From Zootoca vivipara (Eukaryota), in NCBI RefSeq assembly GCF_963506605.1, contig NC_083276.1:100874001-100938000 (forward strand): 64,000 nt of DNA. The letters run 5' to 3'. The translations under genes and the position numbers were made by a program. The notes under the pieces are model-generated. The model was not told the DNA's origin and ran no database searches. It worked only from the letters and a program-made list of their open reading frames with translations. Numbering within the stretch: the first letter of the stretch is position 1; each line of letters starts with the position of its first letter. Positions 1 through 12,939 of the stretch are shown one piece after another.

Positions 1-1763
1 AAATTCAGAGTGTGAACTTCAAAGGCTCGCTGTGTTTTACTTCACATACCGGTATTATTTCAGGAAATATGAATTAGGTTCATGTGACTTAAAATGAATT
101 TCTTCCTAGGGATCTCAGCTTTTCCTAAGAGTTAAAAGGGGCTTAAGTACCCACTTCACAGGCAGGAGAGGAAGACTGGACAACTCCAAGACCCAGTCAC
201 TGCCCCAGCCAGGATAGAGGGCTCAGGGACTAATCACTATTCAGCCCGGCTACAACATCTCCATCGCTGAGCTTGTGTTTCTGAACACACGATATCCTTA
301 AACAAACTGTTGCAATTACACTCCTTCCCCCTTCATGACAGAGGAGGTGACAGCCTGGTTGAGGAATGACAGTATAGACTCAACCTTATCTAGAGTTGTC
401 AAAGGGTTGCCCAATAAATTTCAGACATATCACAACCCTACCTTACCATTTTCCCATACAACCTTACCTAGGGTTGCCATATTTCAAATAGTAAAGCTGT
501 TAGCCTTTTTATTGGGCAAAGTTATTGAAGAAATTCCAGACATATGGGAACCCTACTTCACCATTTTCCCAGGAGCTCCAGCTTAGTTCCAAAGGTATCA
601 CAGCCCTGCCGGGAGAACCCAGGATGCCCACCTGTATTAAAACAAAACATCCAGGTGTCTCAGCTTTCACAGTTCCAATATAAATCAGTCCTTTTCTTCC
701 AACCACTCTGTAAATGATTGGTCCTTCTTCATGTAATGGAAAGTATACAATCAAAAATGAGAGGTTAGTATTCATATTGGGAATCAGCACCAGGGAATGA
801 TATTGGCTGTGGAGCCAGACAAAAGTCCATTCACACTCCAGGTAAGTCTTCAAGCTGGCATCAGACCAAAGTTTCAATCACTGTCTTCAGAATTTGCATG
901 ATCACACATTCTCCAAACATATTTGTTTCCATAAAAACTAATGCGTGTTTCACTGGGAGACTGCTGAAATGTTGCATGTAGCTACTTGATTTTGATGTGT
1001 ATTCAAAAATCCCTATTGGCCAACCCAGGATAGTTATTGCACACAGGGAAAAAAATGTAGAAGGGAAATGTGTTTTGCCATGTGTAATGAAGGATGGCAC
1101 ATTCTGAATTTCTGTTTGCTTACATTTCTCTTTGTAATAATATAGCATGTCTTTACACTGAAGCCTTAGAAATGCAAGTACAAGGAACCATACCTCTATC
1201 ATCATCCAGGAAAAAAATTCCAAAACTAAGTAACAGAAGTCTTTTTTTTCCTTGCTAGAATTAAGGAACTTCTTTGGGTTTATTCAGGTCTTACATGTGC
1301 TCAGTGACTGTGTTTGAATCCTGCAAATCAGACTTGTCACAGCCATAGCTTGGAGATACACACACAACTTTATACCTATGGGAGGCCCACAAGTAGGACA
1401 GAAGGGCAGTAGCCCTTTCCAGATGCTACCAGATGTTCCCAAGTAGCTGGCATTCAGGTGACTGCTTCCACTAATCCTCAAGGTAGTATGTGGACATTAT
1501 GCATGGTTGCCAGTGGTAGCCTTAACCATGAGCATGTTTCACTCATGACTCAAAATGCATCTACTTAAAAATTTGGATAACCCATGTCTCTCAGGGTAGC
1601 TAATACTAAGCTAGAAGGACCATATTCAACTGTTCATCCTTTTCTAATTTCTTAATCATTAATGTGGCACACCAAGGGAAGGAAACCATGATGCAACCAT
1701 TCACAAAGGAGAAGCCAACACCACAACAGCACACATGCTTTCCTCCTAGTCTGCACACTAATA

Positions 1764-2622
1764 CCCATGATATTCTTGTAAAGAAGCTAGTAAAATGCGG
1801 GCTAGACAATGCTACCATTCAATGGATTTGTAACTGGCTGACTGACCAAACCCAAAGGGTGCTCATCAATGGCTCCTCTTCATCCTGGAGAGAAGTGACT
1901 AGTGGGGTGCCACAGGGTTCTGTCTTGGGCCCAGTCTTATTCAACATCTTTATCAATGACTTGGATGATGGGCTTGAGGGCATCCTGAGCAAGTTTGCAG
2001 ATGACACCAAATTGGAAGGGGTGGCATGATATTGCAATTGGGCTGCATCAATAGGAGTATAACATCTAGATCAAGGGAAGTAATAATACCACTGTATTCT
2101 GCTCTGGTCAGACCTCACCTGGAATACTGTGTCCAGTTCTGGGAACCACAGTTCAAGAAGGATACTGACAAGCTGGAACGTGTCCAGAAGAGGGCAACCA
2201 AAATGGTCAAAGGCCTGGAAATGATGCCTTATGAGGAACGGTTTAGGGAGATGGGCATGTTTAGCCTGGAGAAGAGAAGGTTAAGGGGTGATATGATAGC
2301 CATGTTCAAATATATTAAAGGATGTCATATAGAGGAGGGAGAAAGATTGTTTCTGCTGCTCCAGAGAAGTGGACACGGAGCAATGGATTCAAGCTACAAG
2401 AAAGAAGATTCCACCTAAACAATAGGAAGAACTTCCTGACAGTAAGAGCTGTTCAACAGTGGAATTTGCTGCCAAGGAGTGTGGCGGAGTCTCCTTTGGA
2501 GGTCTTTAATCAGAGGCTTGACAGCCATCTGCCAGGAATGCTTTGATGGTGTTTCCTGCTTGGCAGGGGGTTGGACTGGATGACCCTTGTGGTCTCTTCC
2601 AACTCTATGATTCTATGATTCT
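1764..2622 (+). mobile_element. 5'-truncated CR1 LINE (ORF2 RT C-terminal part + 3' UTR) with internal deletion
   Basis: Translations include HDILVKKL..., [31 protein letters not shown] and [17 protein letters not shown]; 3' end TTCCAACTCTATGATTCTATGATTCT is the CR1 8-mer tail; frameshifts present. Confidence 0.97.
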
Positions 2623-2660
2623 CAAGCACACACCAGATATGTTGGACACTGGGCCAAGTT

Positions 2661-2881
2661 CCCATAGGATGCAGTGGTGACCACCAACTTGGACAGCTTT
2701 AGAAGGGGTTTAGACAAAATCATGGAGGATAAAGCCATCCTCGCACTAGTGGGAAGAGTGTTGCTGTGCTCATTTTCTTCCTCTTGGCCTCCTATAGCCA
2801 TCTAGTTGTGCACTGTGAGAACAGGCCGATAGACAAGATCGGTCCTTGGTCTGATCCAGCAGGGTTCTTCTCATCTTCTTA
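2661..2881 (+). mobile_element. Older degenerate CR1 3' end (different family)
   Basis: GGACAGCTTTAGAAGGGGTTTAGACAAAATCATGGAGGATAAAGCCATC ... GGTCTGATCCAGCAGGG...TTCTT resembles ancient squamate CR1 ORF2 end/3' UTR; related text at ~42090-42280 and ~43230-43590. Confidence 0.7.
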
Positions 2882-3489
2882 AGGCACACAAAGGCATATT
2901 GTGCCTGAATCCTGGATATAACTTTCAGGGTTAGCTGCTACTGATGGAGAAAAACTTGCATTGCATGACATTACCTTAATCCCAATTTAGCAGGAGAAAA
3001 GAATGGGAAAAGCTTCTAAACAGAGAAAGGAATACATTAAAAGTATTACTATGCAGTGATTAAGATATATCTAGCCTATTTCATTTTTCCTCATGATTCT
3101 TTGAGGTCCTAACTGATGGGAAACAAAGACGACAATATGTTTTTATATACGGTGCACAAATGCATTTTTTGTGTTAGGTATAAGTTTGCTTGTTTGTGAA
3201 AACATTCCTAACCGGGAACTCCTCCAAAAAACACTTCGGCATAACATCTTGGAACTTTCTCAACAGTTGTATTTGTTCCTTCTCCACACCTCATCCCTAG
3301 TGCATAGAGGCACATCTGTCTGTTTTCTGCCTTATCAAGCAGACATCTACATCTGTGAGGAAAACTTCCACTTCCTCAGCTAAAAACCTGTATCTGATTG
3401 TGGTAATAAAGCACTACTTCCTCAGTTCAAAACATACATCAGACAAGGCCAATTACTTCAAATGACTTAGAGCAACAGGCAAAGCAATA

Positions 3490-3620
3490 NNNNNNNNNNN
3501 NNNNNNNNNNNNNNNNNNNNNNNNNNNNNNNNNNNNNNNNNNNNNNNNNNNNNNNNNNNNNNNNNNNNNNNNNNNNNNNNNNNNNNNNNNNNNNNNNNNN
3601 NNNNNNNNNNNNNNNNNNNN
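3490..3620. other. Assembly gap (N run); further gaps at 14272-14427, 17261-17392, 29645-29864, 37207-37334, 48950-49149, 58365-58569
   Basis: Runs of N in the sequence. Confidence 1.
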
Positions 3621-3928
3621 NAAAGAAAGCAGCTCACCCGCTGAGGGAAAAGAGGGGGAAGAAAGGAAGAAAAAGAAAAACCCAAACATTTTTATTTATT
3701 TTTTTGAGAGGGGGAGATGAGCAAAGGGTTTTCGTTTTGCTCTTTAGGAAAAAAAAGAAAAGGTACGGCACATTCTTGAACCAGCAACAAAAACAACAAC
3801 ATTCAAGTTCTGTTTGAAGTGCGGTAGTAACTCGATTATCAAATCACTCACAAGAGCAATACAACATGTAATCCGGTCCAAGACTGCCGAGTGAATTTCA
3901 CAGCCTTTTAATCATTTATTGTAAACTA

Positions 3929-4236
3929 GGATGGGCTTGCAGTGTTATTAGCAGGACTCAGAGCCTTTCACCTGCAGGTCACCCATTTGGATCTGGCTCA
4001 GGTTGGCTGTGACAGAACATTGTTACCATCTGGTAGCTATTGGGTCGCCTGTGTCAAATGAGCTTGTGGACTCCATCCAGCTCCTGGAGGAGAGATGTCT
4101 GCAGGAACTAACATTACAATTTGTACTAATTGGCACATTCAGTGGGTAGCCTAAGCCAAATGCTAATGATCAGGTAGGAAGAGGCCTGATCCAAAGAAAA
4201 AAACCTGGATACATGTGCTCTTCTAGGGCTGTTATC
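3929..4236 (+). mobile_element. LF-SINE (ancient tetrapod/lobe-finned fish SINE), diverged
   Basis: GAGCCTTTCACCTGCAGGTCAC...TTGTTACCATCTG...GCCTGTGTCAAATGAG...TAATTGGCAC...TTCTAGGGCTGT follows the LF-SINE consensus collinearly, as recalled. Confidence 0.8.
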
Positions 4237-4354
4237 AAGACGTATGCATATTTTATTTTTATTTAGCAGAATTTATATGCTGCTTAAGACTTTACTACAG
4301 ATACGAATATAGATATGAATATATCGCGGAGCAATCTATGGCTTTGTTTAGCAC

Positions 4355-4472
4355 TGGTTTTACCTCAGACTAGACTCAGAGGAGACCCGTTGGAGGCAAT
4401 GTCCCTAATTGAGTTATGCTCATTAACTTCAATGGGTCTCCTCTGAGCATGATTAACATTGGATGCAAACCA
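4355..4472. repeat. Small palindromic squamate repeat (old MITE-like)
   Basis: Inverted repeat CTCAGAGGAGACCCGTTG (4375-4392) / CAATGGGTCTCCTCTGAG (4430-4447), 17/18 match. Confidence 0.65.
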
Positions 4473-5603
4473 GTTTTCCATCTCTGCATTCCACATTTCA
4501 GCTTCCATGTAGCTTTGATAAGGTGAAGTTCAAATGTTCTTCCACATCATTCAGCAACTTGATTGAATAGATAGTAGCAAAGTAATGGTCTTGTTACACA
4601 CTTCTCGTTCTTTTTGGCTTTATATTTATGTATTAAATTTGTCTCCCTTCAAAGGCCATGTTGGCATCGCCAGAGCTACTTTCCTGTGATCCTGACAAAG
4701 CTGCTGACAATGAGCATGTGAGAGGATGGCATGCTGGGCGACTGCTTCCTATGCAACAGTAGCCCCTTCCTAAGGACTGCTGGTACTGTCATAGGAAGTA
4801 ATCATCATGCCATCTTGCCTGCCATGTGGCTGTTGCTTCCCTTCATTATGAGTATGGCATGGGAACGGGCCATGTGGATACACTGGCGTCAGTGGGATGA
4901 TCAGCCTCATGGCAATTATGTTCAATCTGACCTGTTGCTGCCATCTAAGCATCAGGGGCAATTTCAACAACAAAATCTGTACCTCTTCCTATCTATCTTT
5001 CTTGAACTTTTTGAACGTGGACCCTTTTCTAGGTTAACCTCCAACGAACAAATGGCGACCGTCTCTTTGGTAGGTGAGCACACAAGAATCCTTATCTGTG
5101 CATAGCTTTCGGCTGTCAGCTTATTGCTCTGTGATCTGGCAAACAAGTCTACCTCTGGCATTGGAAGAGGCCTAGATCACAGATTCTTCCTAAAAACATC
5201 TAGGCAGGGAAAGAGATGGCAAAGTTGGATTTATAATGGCTGAGTTGGAGCAATTGCTCTAGGGCCCTTGCTAATAGGACACCTAATTCCCTATCCTGCT
5301 CCAGTATTTGGCTTGCTAGCCAGCCAGCCCGCTCTGCCAATGTCTGGCTCTCCAGCCAGCTCACCTGCTGCCCCAGCTGCCTCCCTCTTAGGAAGCACAG
5401 ACCTTTCCCACCTCCTATTGGCTTGGAGAAAGAAGAGGAGGAGGGTTCTTGATGAAAACAAACAGTGAAGCAGCAGCAACCATTGTGTAGCGACCTCTGC
5501 TAACTCGTGCACCTGCTTGATCACACTAGTCTGGCAAATGTTTTTCCATTCTATGAACAGACGGCAGAGACAGAAAGAGGGGTATTCTTCAGTACAGTTT
5601 GGG

Positions 5604-5606
<3 letters not shown>

Positions 5607-5682
<76 letters not shown>
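5607..5682. repeat. (GA)38 microsatellite
   Basis: Perfect dinucleotide run. Confidence 1.
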
Positions 5683-5685
<3 letters not shown>

Positions 5686-5713
5686 TGGCCCAAGGTCTCC
5701 CAGTGAGTATAAT

Positions 5714-6068
5714 GGGTGGCACTGTGGGTTAAACCACTGTGGCACTTGGGCTTGCCGATTGAAAGGTTGGTGGTTCGAATCCCTGTGACGGGGTGAGCTC
5801 CCATTGTTCGGTGCCAGCTCCTGCCAACCTAGCAGTTCCAAAGCACACAGTGCAAGTAAATAAATAGGTACCACTCCGGCGGGAAGGTAAATGGCATTTC
5901 CATGCGCCGCTCTGGTTTCACCAGAAGCGGCTTAGTCGTGCTGGGCACATGACCCAGACAAACTATCTGCGGAAGCAGACAAACGCCGGCTCCCTCGGCC
6001 TTTAAAGCGAGATGAGCGCCGCAACCTCAGAGTCGTTGGACTTAATTGTCAGGGGTCCCTTTACCTTT
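5714..6068 (+). mobile_element. Sauria SINE (subfamily A)
   Basis: tRNA-like head with A box GTGGCACTGTGG and B box GGTTCGAATCC, core TAAATAGGTACC...GGGAAGGTAAA, tail CCCTTTACCTTT. Confidence 0.95.
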
Positions 6069-7280
6069 AGAGATTTGAACTTGGGTCTTCCCAATCCTAA
6101 TGCCACATTCTAACCCTTACGCCATATGGGGTGTCATTTTGGAATTCCTAAAATTGAAATATTAGTGGCATCTATTTAGCCCCTACTGCACAAATTCCTG
6201 TGTGGGATAATTGGGGAAACTTATTGATGTGAATTTGACATTTCTGCAAAATTAGGCATATAGCATGCACTCCTCCTTCTCCATATTCATATTACAGGTT
6301 CTGCACATGTTGGGCCAGACTTCTCATATCCTTAATTCTCCCTATACACACCTTCAACCCACATACACAACGGTCATCGTTATTAGAAGTAATATTACCA
6401 CTGTCATCATTATGCTCTACTGCCTTTACATCGTTCTTCAGGCAAATTGCCAGCTACTTATTACGTCAGGCTATTAACTGGATCTTAATTCAATGGCTTG
6501 GCAAGATTTGATGCAATGAGATTTGTGGGACCTTTTTTGCCTGGCATTTGCAATGTGCTGCTTTCAACATGAAACTGTGCACAAAAACCAAGAGTTTTAC
6601 ACGGCGTGCCTTTTAAAGCAGCACTTTGCAGCTTCAGGAGATCTGAACAGACATTGCACTTCTTCCTTTTGCTTTCCCCAAAGTTGGGGCTTTATCCATA
6701 AGGTAGGTATAACTTACAAGCTATAAGTGTTGAACTGAAGGGAATCAGCATAAGATGGTATCCTAACAACCCTGGAGAACCATTGCCATTGAGTGGAGAG
6801 AATACTTGATCTGACTTGACATAAGGTGGCTTGCTATGTTCCAGTGTTATCTTCTCAAGGACCTCTGATCATATTGATTTGGCCTTTGGAGGCAGGATGA
6901 AAAGGAGCTGCTGCGCTTCTAGACAGTAGTTAGACAGGTAGGTTAGTGGCTCTAAATCTCTAAAGCTAAACTTGTGCTGTTTGGTATCTCTGGTTGTGTC
7001 TCCTGTACACTCCTCATTAACCATCACCACCAAAACAACCCACAAAATGTATTGTGTCATCACCGCCATCTGTCCAATGGCTCATGAACCTCTGGTATGC
7101 ATGTGAGAATGCATGTGTTTTTATTTATTTAAAACATTTATTTATTTAAAGCAGTGCTATTTTTCTAGAAAAAGAGATCCCGGAACTCACCACAAACACC
7201 TCCTTTGTTCTCTTTAAAAAGCCCTGATTTAAAGCATTTATAAACTGATCGAGATTTCTAAAATCTCATAAGCAGTGAAA

Positions 7281-7700
7281 TTGTACCCTACCTTTCTTTA
7301 TAAGTTAAAGTCAAAGTGGCTTGCAAACTAAACTTTAAGCAAAACAAACCTAATGCAACATCACTGTACAAATCCACAGAAATTAAATAAAGGAAATACT
7401 TTCAAAAACAACATACTGTATCAGCAAAAAAGGCAAAGCACCATCACCCAATAATTGAAACACACTAAACGAAAGCAACCAGCAAAGACCTAAGCTGGGA
7501 CCAATTTCCACCTGCTGTCCAAACAGTTTACAATGACAAGGGTAGGCAGGCCTTCCTGGGAAGAGTATTTGACAGCATAGGTACCACCTCCAAAAAGGTC
7601 CTGCAAGGGAACCTGGAGAGAGATCTCAGATACTGAACAGAACACGTAACAAGGTAATGATGGAGAAAGATGGTCCTTTAAACTCCTTGGCCCAAATACT
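7281..7700 (-). mobile_element. Degenerate L2 LINE 3' fragment
   Basis: TTGTACCCTACCTTTC...AAAGTGGCTTGCAA (reverse L2 tail) and GGCCTTCCTGGGAAGAGTATTTGACAGC...AAAAAGGTCCTG typical of reverse L2 ORF2 end. Confidence 0.55.
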
Positions 7701-7899
7701 GATCAATGCCCATTCCCTGATTCAGCGCAAAATGAAAGAAAATATGAGTAAAATATAATGGAGGCGATTTAAATAATTCCCTTCCAAGTGCCAAGTAGAA
7801 ACAGATAGCTTGACTCTTCTAAATAAAAAATGATGTCAAATTGCTGAAACAGTCCATGGAGACCCTTGGTAGGCTACCCCTCCCCTCCCCACATGGCAT

Positions 7900-8335
7900 T
7901 CTTGCTCTTATATTAAAACACACAATAAACCCTTTTCAATTGGAGAGGCTTAATCTATGTGCAAAAGGGGATTTAGAGGCAGATTTTCTTTCTCTTTTCC
8001 TGGAGGCCTCTTTTATTTTCTTTCCAGGTATTGATTGTGAAAGTGATATCACACCACAAGGTGCATTGATATGGTGTTGAGTAACAAAAAACGGCAAAGA
8101 ATCCTTACAGTAAAATCAAAGCTCCTGTCCAAGCCTGACGCTCTGATGAAATTCAATCAATAGGGACGATTAAATGACACACACAGAGAGAGAGAGAGAG
8201 CGCCATCAATATTAAATACAGTCCATTTCCTGTACATGAGCCGGGCAACATAAAGTGGACAAGATAAAACTTAAATAGGCAGGTGATTTACAGTGTCCAT
8301 AAAGTATTTAAGCGGTGGTCAAAAATCCCGGGCTT
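7900..8335. promoter_or_regulatory. Candidate conserved non-coding element / developmental enhancer
   Basis: TE-free, retained CpGs, Pbx-Hox site TGATTTAC (8284), CATAAA at 8249 and 8298, several ATCAAT/TGATTG; conservation not testable here. Confidence 0.5.
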
Positions 8336-9131
8336 TTTGACACCTCTATATGGGTGGGTTTTGTTTTTTGTTTTTTAAAAAAAGACTGATGTCCATTAGC
8401 TACTGCAACATTTGTGTGCAGTTGTTCTTTCAAATGGCACTTTGTTCATATTGTACAATTTTGTGTCTTGGGCGGTGGTGGTGCCAAGATGATTTGGTAC
8501 CATCATGGTGTAGCAAGCAGGAACATCGCACATCTTGGGAAAGAGGTGTGGAGCTGCCTTCCTGGCACTTAGCTGGGTGGGGCTGGAGCAGGGCACAGTG
8601 GTGGTGCGTTTGGGGTCACGTGCATGCACAGGAGCACCATTTTGAATCCATTGCTCCCATTGGTGCACCTATGCAGCCCAACCCTGCCTACTCCACCTTA
8701 GCCCTGTCCTGGTAAGAGTTGCTGATGCTGCTTCTGGCAACATTTGGGGTAAGGCAGAAGGCAGATCCCTATTTAAAAGGCCTTATCTAAATTTTGACTG
8801 GGAGGGAAGGACAGTCAAGCAACCATTGGAAATGAGGGCTAAGGGATCATGGCCTGGTGGGGAAAGGAAGGTTTCAAAGAGGGTTTAAAGGAACAGGTGG
8901 TGCTACAGAGGTATTCTATGAAGAGCTCTAGGTACAAAAGCGAGCGAGGAAAGGATATCCAGGGTCATTTGGGAGCAGGAGACCCAAAGATGGTTCAGGC
9001 TGCACTCAAATGGTTGCCTTCCATTTTCACAATTTTTCTCTGTTAATTTCCACTTTATATTTGAGATTTCGGACAATGCAGAAGCCACTTCTGGAATTAT
9101 AGTGGAATTGAGTGGAATATAGCTCAAATTT

Positions 9132-9371
9132 TGTTGTTGTTGTTTAGTCGTGTCCAACTCTTTGTGACCCCATGGACCAGGCACTCCTGTCTTGCACTGC
9201 CTCCCGCAGTTTGGTCAAACTCATGTTCGTAGCTTCAAGAACACTGTCCAACCATCTCGTCCTCTGTCGTCCCCTTCTCCTTGTGCCCTCAATCTTTCCC
9301 AACATCAGGGTCTTTTCCGAGGATTCTTCTCTTCTCATGAGGTGGCCAAAGTATTGTATTCTCATGAGGTG
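9132..9371 (-). mobile_element. Bov-B (RTE) LINE 3' fragment
   Basis: Minus-strand peptide YFGHLMRREESSEKTLMLGKIEGTRRRGRQRTRWLDSV...; (CAA)n tail; TSD GCTCAAATTT at 9122-9131 and 9372-9381. Confidence 0.95.
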
Positions 9372-12300
9372 GCTCAAATTTAGACTTTCCATATTATTTG
9401 CAATTCCCCCCCACCCCCTGTATGCCGAAAGCACAGAAATGAGCACTAAACTTGCCCTATATTCCGCTATTGTTCCAGAAGTGGTTTTTACATTGTGTGA
9501 AAGCTTAAATATAATGCAAAACTCAACAGCTAGGGAAAGACTGAGAAAATGGAATAAACTGCCACATGTCCTAACCACCAGCTATTTATAAATCAGTGGC
9601 AGTGGGCAGAAGATAGAGTGTGGTCCACTGGTGGCCTTTTAGCCCATTTTGGGTAGACCACCTAGCTGTTACTGGTTGCTGAGATTCTTGCAGGGCCGCA
9701 TTAGGTAGGCCTTGGTCTAATCTCTTAAGGCACTTTGCCTCTTTATAAGCAAGTATGTGCGCTCAAGATCATTTAACACGGGCTATTTCATTGTACCTTA
9801 AGTGATTCTGAGCAGTCCCTGTTTCTTTGTAAATTTAAAACACATCGGTGGACCATGTGTATTCTTTAAAGGAAGTCATGCAAGACTGAAGTGAGCCCAC
9901 CCTGGAGTTGACCTAAGCAACTAAGCCCACAAGCAAAGTGTTACGCAAGCCGAGAGCTCACTGCAGAAAGATGTTGCCAAGTAAATGGCTCCAGATTTCT
10001 CAAGTAAGCAAGCCAAGACATGTGGTGCCCAAGGAGGCAGCCTGTTCCCAGAGGATCACTGACCTGATCCTAACCTTGAAGGAAATTCTTGTCAAGTATT
10101 AGAATCAGTCAGATCCTCTTAAGGTTGAAAGGGTGATCTAACTTGGCTTGATGACTAAGGTTAGTGCTAGAGGTGCTGAAAATATCCTGGAAATGTGTAA
10201 TGCCAGCAGCTGCTGTACTCTGCTGTTCCCCCCAAAAGAAAGAGTTTTAGATTGTGTAAGAATAGCATGGGGGAAAGGAGAAGTCTATGGGTTCATATAC
10301 CCCACATGCTCATTCATTTACTTTTATTTTTTGGAATTGGGCAGGCAAAGCGTCTTTCAGATCCTCCCTATTATGCGAGAAATGCAGCAGCATAGGAAGA
10401 ATGAAATGCCTGGCGTTCCAATTAGATCAGAAAAGACAAGAATTTGCATAACAGTGAGAGGAAGTGGCTATGGAGTCATTGGACCAGGTATAACTCAGAT
10501 TGGTTAGGTCAGCTGTTTGGCGGCTAGGAAAAACCTGAGCTTCTGATCCCTCACCCCCAACTTGGTCTGCTATGATTTATATTCTCTGCTGGCATTGAAG
10601 CCATTTTATGGGCAAGAAAAACAGAGTCGGAAAACTGGACGGTAAGTGTTGCCAATGGGCATGTGAGGTTCGCTCTGATAGATCAGCAATTAACTGTGCC
10701 TTTTTACAGGTTTGAGCAACCATTGGGAGAAGTGAACTGAGCACACCAAGCCAGGAAGCAGAGTCAAGAAAGAAGACAAAAGTGACAACAGCTTGGAACA
10801 TCTGCCTCTTTTCTGCTGACAGAGCTGAAACCAAGAACTTGTCCATTCTTTCCCTATCTACAGTACAAACAACATAAAGCAGGGATTGGATTGATACAGA
10901 ATGCTACATAAAATGTTTGCTTATAATTATTTCTAGCCCTCTTTTGAAGCTGAGGGATAACACATTTCTAATTATTCATCAGGCCTGTGGAACTCCTAGA
11001 TCTCTGTAGTAAGGGTTTAGCAGAACAACAAATAACATACAGGGATCCAGATGAAAGTGGAGAATTTGAAGGGATTATTACCATAAAAGAGCAAAAGACT
11101 ATTTGATGGAGTTACAACAATAAAGAGTCAGACAGGAAAAGAAAAAAATAATGCTAATTGATAAATACGTAGCTGCTTAAGTATTAATTTGATCTATTGC
11201 ATGGTTGCAAAATTAGTAATACCTGTAATTTTCATCTTACCAAATCACACTGCATTTAATGCTTGAAACTGCACAGGTTGGTGAATCTGAAGTGTGCCTC
11301 CCCTTTCTCTCACACACTTAATATCTAACCACACTGTAAAACCAATACTTATCTCTTTGAAATGTAGGAGTATAATAACATTCTTCCTAGTGTGGGTGAT
11401 AGGAGACTGGCTGTGGTGAATTGCGAAAAAAGACCTGGTGATTTCCTATGTGATTATCAGTCTTTACTTATCGCCCCTGCCCCCTCTAAATATCTCTCTC
11501 AGTTGAAAATTGTCCTCATTTTTAATAAAAAAAATTTTCATTCACCCATTACTAAGTAAATAAATTGCATTCAATAAATATCAAAGGGGAAAGAAAATTC
11601 CAGTGAAATTCTCATGGCTGGAAATCAGGGTTTTTGTTGTGCTTACCTTACCTAACCTCTTGTTGCCTGCTTTGCTGTTGCTTACCGGAATGAATTATTG
11701 TATAGAATTGCTATCGTAGTTTGTTTTTGTTTTTTAATTGTTTAAATCAAATCTCAATGTAGAATGTTGATTGATGTTCACATGCCCAGGCTGTTGAACT
11801 GGTTAACTCTGAAGACTGTGGTTTAAAACAGTTCTGTCCATTGTATCTCAGTGGGACCAAATCAGCTTAAAGTATCCAAATATCTTGCCTTAACTCAGCT
11901 GTAGACTGAACTGACAGTGAGCAGCTTACCTTTTGCTCCTTTCTTGGAGGTTAGCATTAAGTGTGGTTGAACTGTTAATGTTATAAATTGTGGGCTTCAT
12001 AGTTTAGAGTTCTGCTTGAATAAAAGAGCCTGTATGCACTAGATTAGCACAGAATGTATCTTGTTAAGAGTTGTACTCCTCCTAAAGCCTATTACAGTAA
12101 ATCACATTTTATACAGAGACATTACCATTCCCCCCTTCCTCTTTACTATAATGCCCCTTGAGTATTAAACTTCAGAGATATCCTGAAAATCCACTTTGGA
12201 TGGGCAGGAAAAGATGGCTTGAGGTTTACCTGTGCAGCTTGTCTTGCAGGTGACAAGCATTAAGGAACCAAATCTCAGCTAAACACAGGCTTCTCAGTGT

Positions 12301-12689
12301 CTTAATTCACTTGGAGAGAAAGGATAATTACCTGAGCTGCATTTCTGCACCCATGTGAAATGGACTCTAGGGACTACCCGGCTGCAGATTAAAAATGCAG
12401 TCAAAGCATCAGGAGGAGGAATAGGCAAGTAAATCTGTGCTTACTGTCTGTATCAAAACTGGGAAACAAATCCCATTGCAGATTATATAGAGGATTGGGC
12501 TTCTAATGACTGAGAATTCAAATTCTCAAATAACTATGAAGAAATTGATGGTCTGATCTTCCAAATTTATTTTCTCTCATGCTAAGGTGCAGGTTTTGTC
12601 GTCCCAAGAAATGTTTTCAAGGAAATATTCCAATGGTACAAACAAGGGATAGTCTGGGCAGGTTTTCAAGAGGGCTCTTATAACATATG

Positions 12690-12939
12690 CAGTCGCACCT
12701 TGGATCCCGATTGCCTTGGTACTCGGACGTTTTAGCTCCCAAATGCCGCAAACCTGGAAGTGACTGTTCTGTTTTGCAAATGTTCTTTGGAACTCAAACG
12801 TCCGACGGGGCTTCTGCGGCTTCCAATTAGCTGTAGGAGCTTCCTGCAGCCAATCAGAAGCCACACTTTGGTTTCTGAACGTTTTGGAAGTCGAATGGAC
12901 TTCCAGAATGGATTTCGTTCAACTTCCAAGGTACGACTG
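12690..12939. mobile_element. Tc1/mariner (Tigger-like) MITE
   Basis: TIRs CAGTCGCACCTTGG / CCAAGGTACGACTG; flanked by TG (probably a mutated TA) and TA. Confidence 0.85.

Noticed and set aside
790-850. Exon ending at CAG/GTAAGT donor
   Set aside because: Good donor, but no clear acceptor or recognisable peptide
5291-5874. ORFs with SL/ER repeats
   Set aside because: Translation of the (GA)n microsatellite and Sauria SINE
8143-8175. CTGATGA hammerhead-like starts (also ~43048)
   Set aside because: No stem II followed by GAAA
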